A program made the translations under genes and the position numbers. The notes beneath the pieces are model-generated. The model saw only the letters and a program-made list of their open reading frames with translations, was not told the DNA's origin and did not search any database. Positions 63,118 to 64,000 of a DNA stretch of 64,000 nucleotides are shown one piece after another. The DNA is from Felis catus (taxonomy: Eukaryota): contig NC_058383.1 in the NCBI RefSeq assembly GCF_018350175.1, positions 26,786,001-26,850,000 of the forward strand, written 5' to 3'. The first letter of the stretch is position 1, and every line of letters starts with the position of its first letter.

Positions 63118-63409
63118 GGGCAATATGGTAAATTTTATGTTATGTGTGCCTTACTCCATTTAAAAAAAATTTTTAAAGGAAGGAAAAGCTCCAGTAGTCA
63201 CCCTTTTAGGAATGGATAATGCACCCTCATGGAGTTGTGCTATTTTTATGATGGAGTTTCTCCTAATACCTCCACTGACCTTTCTTTTCCTCCCTCTTGT
63301 GGCTTCTGCATGTTCCCGGATTTTATTACTTTGTGTCTTCTATGGCCATGTGGCCTTGTGTTTCCTGCCTTCTCTGTGTGCCTCGTTCCTTCTACCTCAT
63401 CCCCTCTCT

Positions 63410-63461
<52 letters not shown>

Positions 63462-63518
63462 ATCCCTATCTATCCATCTATCATCTATCTATCTATGTAT
63501 CTATCTACCATCTATCTA
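63410..63518. repeat. (TATC)n microsatellite
   Basis: Direct inspection. Confidence 0.95.
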
Positions 63519-63559
63519 ATTTCAAGTCAACCTTCCTAAGACAGAACATAATATTGGGC

Positions 63560-63999
63560 AGCATCTAAAATCTGGTTCCCTGGAAACAGGTCTCAGATGA
63601 AGGCTTGCCTTGCAGAGATTTTTTCGGAAGAGTGTTTAGGGTTAGCACCATGGAGGAGTGAGGACGATAGGACTAGACAGAGAAGTTGAGCCATCATGCA
63701 GTCTCAACAAAGGCCTCAGCTGATCCGATGGCACACTCTGGAGCTGAGATAAGTGTTCACAGTTGTTCCCTTCAGGCAAGCAAGTTGAGTCTTTATACCT
63801 GAACACTGACCCATTGCTGGCTGTGGGGTAACCCTGGGGTGGGCGTGGCAGGGCATGACCTTGGGCGAGGTGGCTCCTTTCCACTGAGGGATATTGCCAG
63901 AGAGTGAGTCAGCTGGGATCCATTAGCTAGCATCCCTCCCAGCAGCTGAGGGAATGAGAGCCTCCATCTTGAAGGAGAGATCTGGGTGGTGCCCCACAG
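63560..63999 (-). mobile_element. LTR16A-like ERVL LTR running to the window edge
   Basis: aaggcctcagctgatcc...ctctggagctg...catgaccttgggcgaggtggctc. Confidence 0.7.
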
Positions 64000-64000
64000 C

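Overview
Mammalian non-coding DNA, almost certainly from a cat or other felid. The evidence is about 35 tRNA-derived Can-SINEs of the SINEC_Fc type (GGGGCGCCTGGGTGGCTCAGTCGGTTAAGC...GCCTGGAGCCTGCTTCGGATTCTGTGTCTCCC) and carnivore/felid LINE-1 3' ends. I find no credible protein-coding exon, functional RNA gene, CRISPR array or CpG island. The listed ORFs trace to SINEs, decayed L1 ORF2, LTRs, simple repeats or chance. The window is a layered record of transposition: ancient MIR/L2, hAT elements (MER5A1, MER20, MER58A), MaLR/ERVL LTRs, an ERVL remnant with gag-like motifs, old L1M, carnivore L1, and very young SINE/L1 insertions with perfect target-site duplications (TSDs). Several repeat-free, TAAT-rich blocks between them look like conserved non-coding elements, so this may be a large intron or gene desert; I cannot name the locus. 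The most notable observations are three sites where one target sequence was re-used by successive insertions, a strong minus-strand L1 bias, and a homopyrimidine minisatellite. I did not find a convincing novel biological system. Subfamily names come from recalled consensus sequences, and boundaries of old repeats are approximate.
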